Origin: Verrucomicrobiia bacterium
GTDB taxonomy: Bacteria; Verrucomicrobiota; Verrucomicrobiia; Limisphaerales; JAKPVM01
NCBI GenBank assembly: GCA_049968335.1
Contig: JBMFQZ010000006.1
Location: 78,961 to 142,960 of the forward strand
Length of the DNA: 64,000 nucleotides
Reading direction: 5' to 3'
Numbering within the stretch: position 1 is the first letter of the stretch; every line of letters starts with the position of its first letter. Positions 10,801 through 20,591 of this stretch are shown piece by piece. The notes beneath the pieces were generated by a model. It saw nothing but the letters and a program-made list of their open reading frames with translations, did not search any database and had not been told where the DNA came from. Both the position numbers and the translations under genes were made by a program.

Positions 10801-10918
10801 AAAAGAAATTGAGCAAACAGCGCTTTCTTCGCAAAAAGTAAAACCATTTATTGAAGGAAAACAGATACGGAAAATCATTGTTGTTCCTAAAAAGATGATA
10901 AATATAGTGGTTAGTTAA
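7895..10918 (+). CDS. leuS: Leucine--tRNA ligase (long form, 1007 aa)
   Basis: It has the HIGH-type motif ([16 protein letters not shown]), KMSKSRGN, and a typical LeuRS N-terminus and C-terminal domain. Confidence 0.92.
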   Translation: MANRKLYPFDVIEKKWHKIWEEEQPFRAWNPGERIPEQHPFGKRHNLAGKVVSQQDLPPKFYVLDMFPYPSGAGLHVGHPEGYTATDIIARYKRARGFHVLHPMGWDAFGLPAEQYAIKTGQHPRITTEKNIANFRRQIKALGFSYDWSREIDTTDPKYYKWTQWIFLQLYNSWFNPETNKAEPISTLKYPPELKTEEERRAYRDSKRLAYVAEMPVWWCEELGTVLANEEVIDGKSEVGGFPVVRKPMRQWMLRITAYAERLLKDLDTIEWSESLKEMQRNWIGRSEGAEVVFEVVDDGALKLSSEERKITVFTTRPDTLFGATYMVLAPEHKLVDKIIPPHWPEGTPELWKGADPASTSTPAQAVRAYKAYAASKSDLERTELSKEKTGVFTGSYAINPVNGEKIPIWIADYVLATYGTGAIMAVPAHDTRDLEFAKKFNLPIRVVVQPADSKVDPIGFVDDGISVNSGLISGLPTPQAKQKIIQWLEQQGKGKKTINYKLRDWLFSRQRYWGEPFPIIWKDGKHEPLPESELPLVPPPLDDYKPTPNGDPPLARAKDWVNLPDGSKRETNTMPQWAGSCWYYLRYLDASNDKQFCSPQSEQYWMDGANCQGKGKVCPGVDLYVGGTEHAVLHLLYARFWHKVLYDLGFVSTPEPFYKLVNQGLILGETEYTLFTYPDGSYCSASELRDISEEATPRGPVMIGYHKVTGEKLYGKKISEDHVEKSADGFVLKTDKSIKVDARSFKMSKSRGNVINPDTVLAEYGADAFRLYEMFMGPLEMVKPWSTRGVEGVYRFLGRVWRLFIDEKSYIEFEQSLTANPDKAEELLKNLKLSDSIKNIEPDQQQLKVLHTCIKKVTEDLEGMRFNTAISALMVFINEASAWEVKPVSVLRDFLILLQPFAPHIAEELWDKLLSQAGMKPAIEAVALCYQPWLDYDPQMLVENTMEIPVQVNGKLRDVIKIDANASQKEIEQTALSSQKVKPFIEGKQIRKIIVVPKKMINIVVS

Positions 10919-11091
10919 TCAGACAAACCAAACGTAAAACTGATTAATGAAGCTATTGACGCGACAACAAAGAAGAATAATTCTTTTAATAATATTTTTA
11001 CTGATAGTTGGGTGGGTTGTGAAGAATGTTGTATCAACAACAAGCGCTAAAACAGCGCCGATTTCACAATCGCCTCAATAAAGATTGGGTT

Positions 11092-11529
11092 ATGCAAAAG
11101 ACGACTTTTGAAGATGAGATTGAAAAAATAGTAGAAAAAGACAAACGATATAGTAAGGACGCTTATTACTTTGTCCGGGAAGCCCTTGAATTTACGCAAC
11201 AGAAACTTGGCAAAAAATCGGCTATTGGAGAAGAACGGCATATCACCGGGCAACAACTGCTTGAAGGCATCCGCGACTACGCCCTTTCTCAATTCGGTCC
11301 GATGACCTTGACCGTGTTTGAAGAATGGGGAATACATTCCTGCGAAGATTTTGGCGAGATAGTTTTTAATATGGTTGACGCGATGCTGCTTGCCAAGACC
11401 GAGAACGATACAAGAGAGGATTTTAAAAATGTTTACGACTTTTACGAAGTTTTCCAGAAACCATTTTTGCCACCTTCAAAAGCAATCAAACCAAAGCCTG
11501 GAAAAAGTCCGCGCGAAAAAACCCTCTGA
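11092..11529 (+). CDS. Conserved hypothetical protein, resembles the Minf_1886 family
   Basis: The strings YSKDAYYFVREALEFT....HITGQQLLEGIRDYALSQFGPMTLTVFEEWGI..CEDFGEIVFNMV match this family from memory only. The start was set to the ATG at 11092. Confidence 0.6.
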   Translation: MQKTTFEDEIEKIVEKDKRYSKDAYYFVREALEFTQQKLGKKSAIGEERHITGQQLLEGIRDYALSQFGPMTLTVFEEWGIHSCEDFGEIVFNMVDAMLLAKTENDTREDFKNVYDFYEVFQKPFLPPSKAIKPKPGKSPREKTL

Positions 11530-11619
11530 TTGATATAAACAATCCAGAGCGCTACAACTTGCCAGTTGAATTTTTAACTCCGGTTTTCGTCAAATTTAGA
11601 TAATAGAAAAACCCGGATT

Positions 11620-14313
11620 ATGAAAATTCGCTGTGTCTTGTTTAGCGGAGTATTTTTGTTCTGCGTATTTTGTTTAAACGCGGCGGAGAACCTTGTTTAC
11701 AACGGGAGTTTTGAAATCCCCGGCGAAGGAAATGTTCCCGATGGATGGAGCGCCGCCGGGAATGCGGCGGTGAAACAGAAATTGTCAATAGACACCGGAA
11801 GAGACGGAAAACGGTGCGCCAAACTTGAATGTTTTGAATTTAATGGAGACGGACCTGATTACCACGCGATGATATGTCAGGTTAATAAGATTTATTTAAA
11901 GCGAGGGAACTGGTACCGGATTTCCTTTTACGCGCGGGGTAGTGGCATTCGCGGCGACGCAGTAGATGTGGCGCTAAATAGAACCCGCCAGTGGGACAAT
12001 GTTGGGCTTTCAGAGGCGTTCATTGTCGGCAGCGACTGGCAACGTTATGAATTTGTTTTTCTTGCCCGTTCAGATTTGCCCTCAGATGCCAGCAGATTGC
12101 AATTCTGGTTCAAAAGCCCCGGCGCGCTCTGGCTGGACGATGTTGAACTTGTTCAAACAGAGGAAGGACGCCAATGGTTTCCGCAGATCAGCGCCGAGGG
12201 GGTTAAAAACCTTGTCCCGAACAGCAGTTTTGAATGCGACACCGCCGGCTGGGGAAGTTTCACCTACGGGTTGAGCGGCTGGGGGGGAAATTTATATAGA
12301 TTAGAAGGCGAAATAGACGACAGAGTTGCCTATCACGGAAAAAAGAGTTTAAAAATCGCGCTTAATCAGAATAACCTACCTGTATATTATTTTGACTATT
12401 TTATCCCGGTTGTCCAAAAGGTTAAACGGGTGTTTGCCGCCAATATGGGTTGGTTCAAAGTTAATCAAGGGGAGCAGTTAACGCTTTCGGCATATATACG
12501 CGCTGATTCGGAGGGAGTAAAAGGCGAGTTGATGGAATGTGAACCTGAAGGAAGACGTCAGGGGAAATCAATTACCATAAATAAAAACTGGCAGAGGTAT
12601 GAATTTTCGTTTAGACCAAACGGAAGCTATTTTTTTATCGCGCTCGGACTTGACCTTGAAGCGACCGTCAGCGGCACGGCGACAATCTGGATTGACGCAG
12701 TCCAGCTTGAACGCGGCAACATAGCAACCGCATACCAGCCACGCCAGCCAATAGAATCATTTGCAATTGCAGGTGAATATATTTGCAATAAAAAACAAGG
12801 AATTAACGCAAAAATCTTGGCTTATAACAACACAGCGTCAAAACAAAATGTGTCCGGAAAAATAGCTGTCACAGATTTTTTTGACGCGCAGCTATTTTCG
12901 CGCCCGATCAGTTTTGAACTTCAACCGCAGACTTCTGGCGAGATGTTGCTCAAAAATCTGAACAACGATAAGTCTGGATTTTTTAGAATAAATTATGTTT
13001 CGGAAAATTCATCTAATTCTATCCGTTGCGCGGTTATTGAGCCTGCGGAGACGTTAGAAGATTCTCCGCTTGGTTTTAACCACGCCTATCCGTGGGATTT
13101 TTTAATTGAACTGACGCATAAAGCGGGACTTGTCTGGTGGCGTGATTGGTCTGCAAAATGGGATACGATTGAACAGGAAAAAGGAAGAATAGATTTTTCT
13201 CTGCCCGATGCGCAGATAAAACGGGTATTGAATTTAAACGGACAGGTAGAGGCGCTGTTGCCGTTTCCATCCGCCCGTTGGTCATCAAGCGCAAAACCGC
13301 AAGAGATTGAAAAAGCCGCTGGCAACGACAGTTATTTAAAATCGCGAATGCCGCTCGCGTTTATGCCCCAAAACCTTGAAGATTTTGGAAAATACGCTTC
13401 ATCTGTTGTCTCGCATTACAGCGCCTTAAAACCAAAAGCCGTTACATATTATCAAATCCTGAATGAGCCGGTTTATACAAGTTATGCCTTGCCAAGACAG
13501 TTTGGTTATTCGCTTGATGATTACATAAAATTGCTTGCCGTTGCATATAAACAGATGAAAGAAACAAATCCGCAATGCAAGGTGGTTGGCGGGATAAGCG
13601 CAAATCTTGAAGCCGGTCTTACCCGCGATTTTGTTACGCGAGGCGGACTGAAATATCTGGATGTGTTTGATATTCACAATTACGACCCGCCGCGACCGGC
13701 TGAAAGTTTTGAAGACTCCTTTGCCGCGTTGTGGAATTTGATTGAAAAAAGCGGAACGCCGAAGCCAATCTGGATAACTGAATGGGGATGTTATGCGGAC
13801 GACGATCCACCTGTTTTGCCGTTTACCGCTGGGGATTCAGCAATGAACCGGAGCAGATGGCAATCGGAGCGCGCTGCGGCAGAGCACATTGTTAAATACA
13901 CCGCAATAGCGTTTGCGTATAATTTTAGAAAAATCTTCTTTCACGCCGGCACTTGCGGAACGATAAACAATCCCGACGCTGGCGGCGTTTTGTATGAATA
14001 TGGCGGGGCGCCAAGGAAAATGTATGTGAGTTCCGCGGTATTGTGCAGGTTGCTCGGCGTTCCAGACGAATGCGTCAAAAAAATCAGACGCAATAACAAC
14101 TACTGTTATATTTTCAAAACAAAAAACAGATACACCGCAATTTGCTGGTCAAACAGTAATGATGGAAAATTGATAAAATTGACGGACGCAGTTGATTGTT
14201 ATGATATTGTCGGAAATAAAATTGAAAAAGAAGTTAAATTAACTAAAACGCCATTCTATTTTACCAGCAAGAATGAAAAAGCGCTCATTGATACGCTGGA
14301 CAAAGGATTATGA
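11620..14313 (+). CDS. Secreted glycoside hydrolase (clan GH-A TIM barrel) with N-terminal carbohydrate-binding-like repeats
   Basis: It has a signal peptide and two NxVxNxSFE-type modules (NLVYNGSFEIPG, NLVPNSSFECDT). YQILNEPV supplies an acid/base NEP motif and IWITEWG a nucleophile TE motif. Confidence 0.7.
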   Translation: MKIRCVLFSGVFLFCVFCLNAAENLVYNGSFEIPGEGNVPDGWSAAGNAAVKQKLSIDTGRDGKRCAKLECFEFNGDGPDYHAMICQVNKIYLKRGNWYRISFYARGSGIRGDAVDVALNRTRQWDNVGLSEAFIVGSDWQRYEFVFLARSDLPSDASRLQFWFKSPGALWLDDVELVQTEEGRQWFPQISAEGVKNLVPNSSFECDTAGWGSFTYGLSGWGGNLYRLEGEIDDRVAYHGKKSLKIALNQNNLPVYYFDYFIPVVQKVKRVFAANMGWFKVNQGEQLTLSAYIRADSEGVKGELMECEPEGRRQGKSITINKNWQRYEFSFRPNGSYFFIALGLDLEATVSGTATIWIDAVQLERGNIATAYQPRQPIESFAIAGEYICNKKQGINAKILAYNNTASKQNVSGKIAVTDFFDAQLFSRPISFELQPQTSGEMLLKNLNNDKSGFFRINYVSENSSNSIRCAVIEPAETLEDSPLGFNHAYPWDFLIELTHKAGLVWWRDWSAKWDTIEQEKGRIDFSLPDAQIKRVLNLNGQVEALLPFPSARWSSSAKPQEIEKAAGNDSYLKSRMPLAFMPQNLEDFGKYASSVVSHYSALKPKAVTYYQILNEPVYTSYALPRQFGYSLDDYIKLLAVAYKQMKETNPQCKVVGGISANLEAGLTRDFVTRGGLKYLDVFDIHNYDPPRPAESFEDSFAALWNLIEKSGTPKPIWITEWGCYADDDPPVLPFTAGDSAMNRSRWQSERAAAEHIVKYTAIAFAYNFRKIFFHAGTCGTINNPDAGGVLYEYGGAPRKMYVSSAVLCRLLGVPDECVKKIRRNNNYCYIFKTKNRYTAICWSNSNDGKLIKLTDAVDCYDIVGNKIEKEVKLTKTPFYFTSKNEKALIDTLDKGL

Positions 14314-14459
14314 ATCGTCGGTGAAATAGGAAAAATTGCGTTCATAGAAGGAAATTATATTGCCAAAATATTTTTGGTGGGCTTTTCCAAAACACGGATT
14401 ATTGTTAATACTTTCAGAAATTTACCCGAAAATGTGATTTTGCCAGGTGTTCTTATGGT

Positions 14460-15695
14460 TCAGGGATTTTTCATCCAGATTGCTTTGATTGTTTCTTCTT
14501 GATTAAAACCATCTGGGCAAGCCGCGCTGCGGGTGTTTGCAAAGTACCAGTAGATTTTTCGTTTTCCATCCACTGTTGTAACTGGATCGTGGAGAACACG
14601 ACTACAGCAGAATTGGACAAAGCCGTTTGGATCGTTTTTTCTAACCCAGTCCCAGACATACCACAGCCACTCATTGCGATATGATTCAGGCTGGTGAGCA
14701 AACCAGGATATCTCATCGTAGCCCCAGACCCAGTAATTTGGTTTTGGCACTTGACTTGCCTTGCCGCCGAAACCGGAGGCTCCCCAATTGTCAAATTCTA
14801 CTATATAAGGCAGGTGTTCGCACTTCCATCCAGCAGGCGCAATGCCGCCTTTGCTTCTCCCGTAGATGCTATCAAAGAATCCCATTTCAAGGATTGCTTT
14901 TTGCGGTTCATTTTGCACTTCTTTAGGACGGAGCGGAAAAGAATGAAAATCCAGCAGCAATTTGCCATCAACCGCAACGCCGCCGCTCGGAACATGGGCG
15001 TCGCAAACAACCCAGTGGCGTCGGGCGCGTTTTGCGGCATAATTGCGGACTCGTTGAATAAGTTCCTGCCAATGTTTATAGCCTTTGTCTCTGCCGCCAA
15101 CAACTTCAATCTGTCCAAAATGGATCGCCTCAGCCCCCGCGTCTATGTAGGAGGCTGCAAGGAAGAAAAACCAGAGTTTGGTCTCAAGTTGAACGATATC
15201 CGGGGTTGAGCCGCGTCCGGGTTTCGGTCTTGCGTTTGGAAACAGCATATTTGTATAGATGAATGAACGGTTTTGAGGCGGGAGTGAAAATTCTTTAAAA
15301 ACCCAGTCTGGAACAGGGACGTTTGTGACCGCTTCGCTCACAAATTCAAACACAGCCCCTTGAATCATCATATCCGGGTCCGCTTTATGGCAACGTTCAA
15401 TGGTCTGCTTTGCTTTTTGTAAAAACTCTGGTTTTGCTATTCGTTGCTCGCCGCCCCACATATAGATTGCTCTGCCGATAAATTTTGCGCCGATATTTGT
15501 AAGCATACGGATGTTGTCGTCCGGATTGCCTGCGCCTGTGCACAGGTCTTGCATTGTCACTGCGCGCGCGAGATAATTCTCAAGAACATCGCGAGGAATT
15601 GGTCCGTCGAATTTGTAATTTTTCTCGCCGCTGTAACCTATCATCTGTGTTAAAATAAACAGAACAATGCAGATGCTAATTTTATTAATTCTCAT
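14460..15695 (-). CDS. Secreted hypothetical protein
   Basis: A long ORF with a signal peptide from MRINKISICIVLF (ATG 15695). No motif was recognised. Confidence 0.6.
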   Translation of the reverse strand: MRINKISICIVLFILTQMIGYSGEKNYKFDGPIPRDVLENYLARAVTMQDLCTGAGNPDDNIRMLTNIGAKFIGRAIYMWGGEQRIAKPEFLQKAKQTIERCHKADPDMMIQGAVFEFVSEAVTNVPVPDWVFKEFSLPPQNRSFIYTNMLFPNARPKPGRGSTPDIVQLETKLWFFFLAASYIDAGAEAIHFGQIEVVGGRDKGYKHWQELIQRVRNYAAKRARRHWVVCDAHVPSGGVAVDGKLLLDFHSFPLRPKEVQNEPQKAILEMGFFDSIYGRSKGGIAPAGWKCEHLPYIVEFDNWGASGFGGKASQVPKPNYWVWGYDEISWFAHQPESYRNEWLWYVWDWVRKNDPNGFVQFCCSRVLHDPVTTVDGKRKIYWYFANTRSAACPDGFNQEETIKAIWMKNP

Positions 15696-15740
15696 AAATA
15701 AACCCTTGCATTCAATTGACGTTGGAACAAGCAAATTGCA

Positions 15741-17123
15741 TCAATTTTTTATCTTTTGAGAAAGTGGAATGAGGAGTTCAAATCTTGTTCCGGTTGCGGA
15801 GGTGGATTTTAATTGAAGCGTGGCGCCTAAGTGGCTGGCAAGATGTTTTGATATTGCAAGTCCGATTCCGCTGCCGCCCGGTTTTGTTGAATGACAGGGG
15901 GAGAATAGATTTTTTAAAACTTTTTCGGGAATTCCGCAGCCTTCATCTATGACCTCGCAAACAAGCGAACCATTGTTTACAGAGATTGTCAGTTTTACAG
16001 ATTTCCCAGAGGGAGTTGCGTGGACGGCGTTTTCAATTAGATTAGTTAAGATCAAGCAGACAAGATTTGCGACACGATTGGAGAGGTCTGCGTTTCCATT
16101 AGATTCAATAATCAGGTTAATTCCCTTTTCTTTCGCTAACAGCGCGGTTTTGTTTTGAATCATCTCGCGCAATTCAGGAAGAGTGATTTCATATTCTATT
16201 GCGCCGCTCTCTTCTTTCAGCAGATTGACTACTTCGTTTATCATTGATTTGATGCGATTAATGGATTTGACGGCGCTTTGAAAGTCGGTTGTGTCGCCGT
16301 TTAATCCGGCTTTATCGGCGGCAAACAGTTCAAGTCCTGTTAGCGGGCTTTTTAGACCGTGAATAAGGTGCGCGGCAACAGCGCCTATGGCAGAAGCGCG
16401 GGCTGCCATTGCCAGTTCTTGGTTTGCGCGCCGCAGGTCTTCGGTTCTCTGTTCTAATTTGTAAAAGGCGTAACCGACTCCTAATATAATCAAAACCGAC
16501 CCTATTCCGAACGCAACAAGCGCTTGCAGATTTAAATTATTTTCTAAAATGGCGAATTGGCTTGCAATCCCCGACCCTTCAATAACAAACTGCGCCACCG
16601 CGGCAAGATTAGTATCGCTTCTGCCGTGCAATGGAATATTCACAACCAGCAGAGACTGCGCGTTAATCTTTCCTTTATAAGAATCTGGCAAATAATAAAA
16701 GAGTTCGTTCAATCCAATCTCTTTATAAAAACGGGCATTTGGTTTTAATGTTTTTAAAAGGTTCAACTCTTTTTCATCAAGTTTTCCCTCCTTAACATTT
16801 ACCGGCAGCGCTGTGATAAAACCGCCATCGGCGTCATAGAGCCGGACCGCGATAACGCCGCGGAGGTTTGAAGCCCGCAAAATCAAGGTCAGCTGTTCTG
16901 ATGGATCATTGATATCAACTTGCTGGTCGGTTGAACTGTCCCTCAATAAACAGATTGCGGAATATAGGATTTCCGCGTCCCGATTTATTATCTGTGCTCG
17001 AATTGCGTTGCCGAGTTTTAACCTTGCAAGAAATACCGTTGCGCCAAGCACCGCCACCGAGAGCAATATTGCCAGTAGCGGCGTTAATCGTTTGAAAGTC
17101 TCTTTTTTAAACAACGACTTCAT
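15741..17123 (-). CDS. Sensor histidine kinase (no cognate response regulator adjacent)
   Basis: It has two TM segments, an H box AAHLIHGLKSPLTGL, an N box LTNLIENAVHAT and G boxes DEGCGIP / GGSGIGLAISKHL. Confidence 0.85.
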   Translation of the reverse strand: MKSLFKKETFKRLTPLLAILLSVAVLGATVFLARLKLGNAIRAQIINRDAEILYSAICLLRDSSTDQQVDINDPSEQLTLILRASNLRGVIAVRLYDADGGFITALPVNVKEGKLDEKELNLLKTLKPNARFYKEIGLNELFYYLPDSYKGKINAQSLLVVNIPLHGRSDTNLAAVAQFVIEGSGIASQFAILENNLNLQALVAFGIGSVLIILGVGYAFYKLEQRTEDLRRANQELAMAARASAIGAVAAHLIHGLKSPLTGLELFAADKAGLNGDTTDFQSAVKSINRIKSMINEVVNLLKEESGAIEYEITLPELREMIQNKTALLAKEKGINLIIESNGNADLSNRVANLVCLILTNLIENAVHATPSGKSVKLTISVNNGSLVCEVIDEGCGIPEKVLKNLFSPCHSTKPGGSGIGLAISKHLASHLGATLQLKSTSATGTRFELLIPLSQKIKN

Positions 17124-17148
17124 CGGCTTATAGTTCTATTTAACCATA

Positions 17149-18378
17149 TTAAAACTCTATCATCAAACCGCCATTGATAGTGTTAACCTGATACGCCTCT
17201 GCTGTTAGAGTGGAGTTATTATTTTCGTGTTCAAACTCGCTAAACACCTTTACCTTTTTAATAATTTGCCGTTCAATATGCAGGTTCAATGTAGTGTTTG
17301 AAATCCGTCGCAGCGATCCGCTGGTGTAAGAAACAGGCTGTTTGTCATAATCATAAAGCGAGACCTTCAGTTCAATTCGCGCCTCCCAGTATTTGTCCCG
17401 ATATCGCAATTGTTCGCTTAAAGTATATCTATCATAATCATAATAGCCAACGCCGCTGTCCATATTTCTCAAATAACCAAACTTGCTATAAAGACGCCAG
17501 TAACATTTTTCATCCAAATAATGATGCCATGAGAGATAAAGTTTAAACTGGTTGTATTCAAGATGGGTGCCGGGCAGCCGCGCGCCTGAATAGTCGGTTT
17601 CCATCATATTATCATAAGCCCTTTTAGTATATTCAAGTGAGAGAGAAACATCGGAATAACTCTTTTGCTTCGGCTTTGGCTTGTAATTTAAACCAAAGGT
17701 CAATTTCGGTCCAAATTCCCAGTAATCGTCAAGTGGAGAGTCGTAGTCTTGACGGCTTATTGGGAACTCCATTTCTGCCCAGAGCCATCTTTTTTGGTTC
17801 CTGCCATCCGTGTAAGAAAAGTCGTAGCGAAGCGAAGGTTTTGTAATAAAAGTATGACCGACAACGTGAAGCGAACTTATCGTTAGCGGGTCTCCTGAAA
17901 GGTCAATGACTCTATCTTGATAAATGTATTGCGCGGTCAATCCCGGCTGCAAACCGGTGCTGTATTTCTGTTTTATTTGAGCCATACCGAAAAAGGTCTG
18001 CTCCTTGTCCACAGAGGTTTGTTTCAAATATCGCAGGTCGTCGCCCGTGGCATAAAAGACTAATTGCGGGCTATTTACCGCTACTCTGTAGAGGCTTAAC
18101 TCCAGTGAATTTTCTATAAAAGGGCTATTCTCAATTTGGTAATGACTTAAAGTAATATTATCTCTGTAACCGGCGGCGGAAGTTATTGTGGCGGAAGCCT
18201 GCCAGGGCGAGGGCTTAATCAATTTTTCAAGCTCGCGTTCAAGCAACTGATTCAGGTTTGTGTAAACATCAAGTGAATTTGCGCTGTTTTTATTGATCGG
18301 TTGCTGGGCAGACAGGTTAAATATAGCGCAAGCCGCAATGATAACGATTGCGCCCTTTGATATCAATTCTTTGCCCAT
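17149..18378 (-). CDS. Outer-membrane beta-barrel protein
   Basis: A signal peptide starts at MGKELISKGAIVIIAACAIF. The sequence has an alternating aromatic-rich pattern and a C-terminal ...GGLMIEF. The upstream part of the 17149..18405 ORF is occupied by a terminator hairpin. Confidence 0.65.
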   Translation of the reverse strand: MGKELISKGAIVIIAACAIFNLSAQQPINKNSANSLDVYTNLNQLLERELEKLIKPSPWQASATITSAAGYRDNITLSHYQIENSPFIENSLELSLYRVAVNSPQLVFYATGDDLRYLKQTSVDKEQTFFGMAQIKQKYSTGLQPGLTAQYIYQDRVIDLSGDPLTISSLHVVGHTFITKPSLRYDFSYTDGRNQKRWLWAEMEFPISRQDYDSPLDDYWEFGPKLTFGLNYKPKPKQKSYSDVSLSLEYTKRAYDNMMETDYSGARLPGTHLEYNQFKLYLSWHHYLDEKCYWRLYSKFGYLRNMDSGVGYYDYDRYTLSEQLRYRDKYWEARIELKVSLYDYDKQPVSYTSGSLRRISNTTLNLHIERQIIKKVKVFSEFEHENNNSTLTAEAYQVNTINGGLMIEF

Positions 18379-18382
18379 AGAT

Positions 18383-18420
18383 GAAAACAAAAGGTCAGGC
18401 GGCATATTTACCGCCTGACC
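18383..18420 (-). terminator. Rho-independent terminator (minus strand)
   Basis: On the minus strand GGTCAGGCGG-taaatatg-CCGCCTGACC is followed by TTTTGTTTTC, downstream of the LTXXQ-protein gene. Confidence 0.75.
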
Positions 18421-18506
18421 CGTAGTTTATGTTCTCTTCCCCGTTATGTCCACCCTAATTGGCGACCTGCTTGTCGTTTGGTTTTAATAATGAGTCGGAT
18501 GCTTCT

Positions 18507-19076
18507 TTATTGCTGGGTATCGTCGCCGCGACGTGGACGAGAATTTTGCTGTTCACGGACTCTATCAAGGACTTCCTGACGGGTTGGAATCTTGTCGCGC
18601 AATTCTTTCAGAGCCTCGCGAATCTGTTGACGCAACTCTTTTGTCTGTTCAAGCCATGCATCGCGTTGAGCCTTCAATTGTTCGCGAATCTGGGCGCGTT
18701 CCTCATCAGTTGTTGCGTTCTTCAATTGTTCCAACAGGTCCTTTTGCGCTGTAAGAAAGTCCTGCTTTGCCTGCTCAAATTGCGCTATCAGGTCTTTTAT
18801 CTCCTGAGGCAATTCCGGACGAACAGGAGGTTCAATCCCCGGTCTGCCGGGCGGTTCTGGTCTTGGTGGCAGAATTATTTTGCCAGGACGATGCCGCATG
18901 CCATCGGTCGGAGGAGCCGGTGGTTCCGCTGGCGGAGTTCCCATATGTGGTGGTTGAACCTCAGGAGGAGGTGTTGTTCCGCCATTGTCTCCACTGCCGC
19001 TGCCGCTATCCTGCGCAAATACCGCATAGCCTGCCAACGCAAGCCCCATCACTGCAAGTAATAATAGTTTTTTCAT
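18507..19076 (-). CDS. Secreted Pro-rich / coiled-coil protein with an LTXXQ-like motif (Spy/CpxP-like?)
   Basis: It has the signal peptide MKKLLLLAVMGLALAGYAVFA and a PPxP-rich linker. A helical region follows with FLTAQKDLLEQL and repeated Q/E/R heptads. Confidence 0.55.
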   Translation of the reverse strand: MKKLLLLAVMGLALAGYAVFAQDSGSGSGDNGGTTPPPEVQPPHMGTPPAEPPAPPTDGMRHRPGKIILPPRPEPPGRPGIEPPVRPELPQEIKDLIAQFEQAKQDFLTAQKDLLEQLKNATTDEERAQIREQLKAQRDAWLEQTKELRQQIREALKELRDKIPTRQEVLDRVREQQNSRPRRGDDTQQ

Positions 19077-19324
19077 ACGCCGCTTGTTGATACTTTGTTT
19101 TTTACTCTCTTTGTCAGAACCCATTTCTGACAATTCTCTGAATATCATATAGCAATAGGTATGCCAGTTTGATTTAAAATGCATAAGTTATTTAATATCA
19201 ATATATAACAAAATTAACAATGTCTTTCAATTGTATCATTCTGGGTGTATGTCCCCAAATGATTGGGGAAAATTGACAATTCTTATAGGGGTAAACTTAA
19301 CTGAATCTTGTTGATTAGACGAGG

Positions 19325-20590
19325 CTAACTTTTTTGAAGTATCACTATGAATTCAGAATCCATTGTAGTATCGGTAATTCCAGGGAGATTTGTGGGGCTG
19401 TTCTTTTTCGGCATTCGTTTGTTCGGAATCGTTCTCATTATGGTTTTTATGTGGTTGAATCCGCATCGTTCAAAGAATTCCCGCGTAATTTCATCGTTTA
19501 AAATTTGCACTCCTTTTACTTTTCTATTTCCGACGACATAAGACACTATACCATTTCTTTTTACGAGTTTTGAAACGTTTTTGATGGACTTTTCATAGTC
19601 TAAATAAAATGACAGGACATCAAACGCTCTTTTATTATCTTTTTGGGCTATGGCGTTTAGAGCGTTGTCAAGAGGTTCGCAGTTAAATATTTTAAATTCC
19701 TTTGACGGTTGCCCTCCCATAGCCCTTTTATCAACTTCATTCATTTGTTCAAATCCAAGCCACTGGTTTGCGAGCCGCGAAAATTGTCCATAAGCAACCG
19801 TTGTCCTTGAATCTCCGTAAGGCGGCGAGGTTACAACTATCTCCACACTTTCTGGCGGCAGAAGATTTTCTGGGATACCAAAAACGGTATTAAAATTGCA
19901 TATTATAGAGTAGGATTTATTTTTTTTAATTGAGATATATTCCGCCAATCCATTTCTATTTCGCAATAACTTTTGAAGGATAGTTCCGAAGACATCCGGT
20001 TTAAATTTTTCAATCTGCTTTTGGCTCATTCTATATAACTTAAATTCGCTATTTTTTGTAAGGGAGACATCCCGGACGGTTTCGCTAAAGGCGACTTTAA
20101 AGAAATCCTGAATATCTTGGTTTTCAATCGCATCAATATAACCCTTAATAATTGCCAAAAATATTTGAGTATCTTTTTTAAACCAATAATCAATGTTCTT
20201 AAAATTTGGGATATGCGGAATAGTTTTTAATGCACCGAGTTCAGCAGAAAAGACGAAGTTATTAAAATCCTTTAAATAATCATCAAGGAGATTTAAAGGA
20301 ATAATAGTTGTTTTAACTTTGGCGATTAATCTGGCTAATGGGTTTATGTCGGTGCCAATTGCGTTTATTCCGCGCAAATTTGCTTCTACTAACGAAGTGC
20401 CTGTTCCGCAATATGGGTCAAACAGCAACTTAGACCCAGAGCCATATTCATCTAATATTTTCCCGGCAACTTGGGGAATCATCATTGCGGGGTATTGATG
20501 GAAACAATGAACATACTGTTTCGTGTTCGCTGTGCGGAAATCCCACGATTCGTCACGGTATTTAACTGGTTTGGTTAAAGTTAAATCCAT
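19325..20590 (-). CDS. Type II DNA methyltransferase, probably N4-cytosine (SPPY)
   Basis: Motif I is LLFDPYCGTGTSLVEA and motif IV is VVTSPPYGD. The ATG at 20590 lies 1 nt after the stop of the upstream endonuclease gene. Confidence 0.85.
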   Translation of the reverse strand: MDLTLTKPVKYRDESWDFRTANTKQYVHCFHQYPAMMIPQVAGKILDEYGSGSKLLFDPYCGTGTSLVEANLRGINAIGTDINPLARLIAKVKTTIIPLNLLDDYLKDFNNFVFSAELGALKTIPHIPNFKNIDYWFKKDTQIFLAIIKGYIDAIENQDIQDFFKVAFSETVRDVSLTKNSEFKLYRMSQKQIEKFKPDVFGTILQKLLRNRNGLAEYISIKKNKSYSIICNFNTVFGIPENLLPPESVEIVVTSPPYGDSRTTVAYGQFSRLANQWLGFEQMNEVDKRAMGGQPSKEFKIFNCEPLDNALNAIAQKDNKRAFDVLSFYLDYEKSIKNVSKLVKRNGIVSYVVGNRKVKGVQILNDEITREFFERCGFNHIKTIMRTIPNKRMPKKNSPTNLPGITDTTMDSEFIVILQKS

Positions 20591-20591
20591 C

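Noticed and set aside
14694-15209. The 171-aa plus-strand ORF and other small ORFs antisense to the 14460..15695 gene
   Set aside because: They are shorter and lack signal or motif content. The minus-strand ORF is continuous and has a signal peptide.
18459-19061. The 200-aa plus-strand ORF antisense to the LTXXQ-protein gene
   Set aside because: It is a mirror ORF over a repetitive coiled-coil/Pro-rich coding region. The minus frame has a signal peptide, and a terminator lies downstream.
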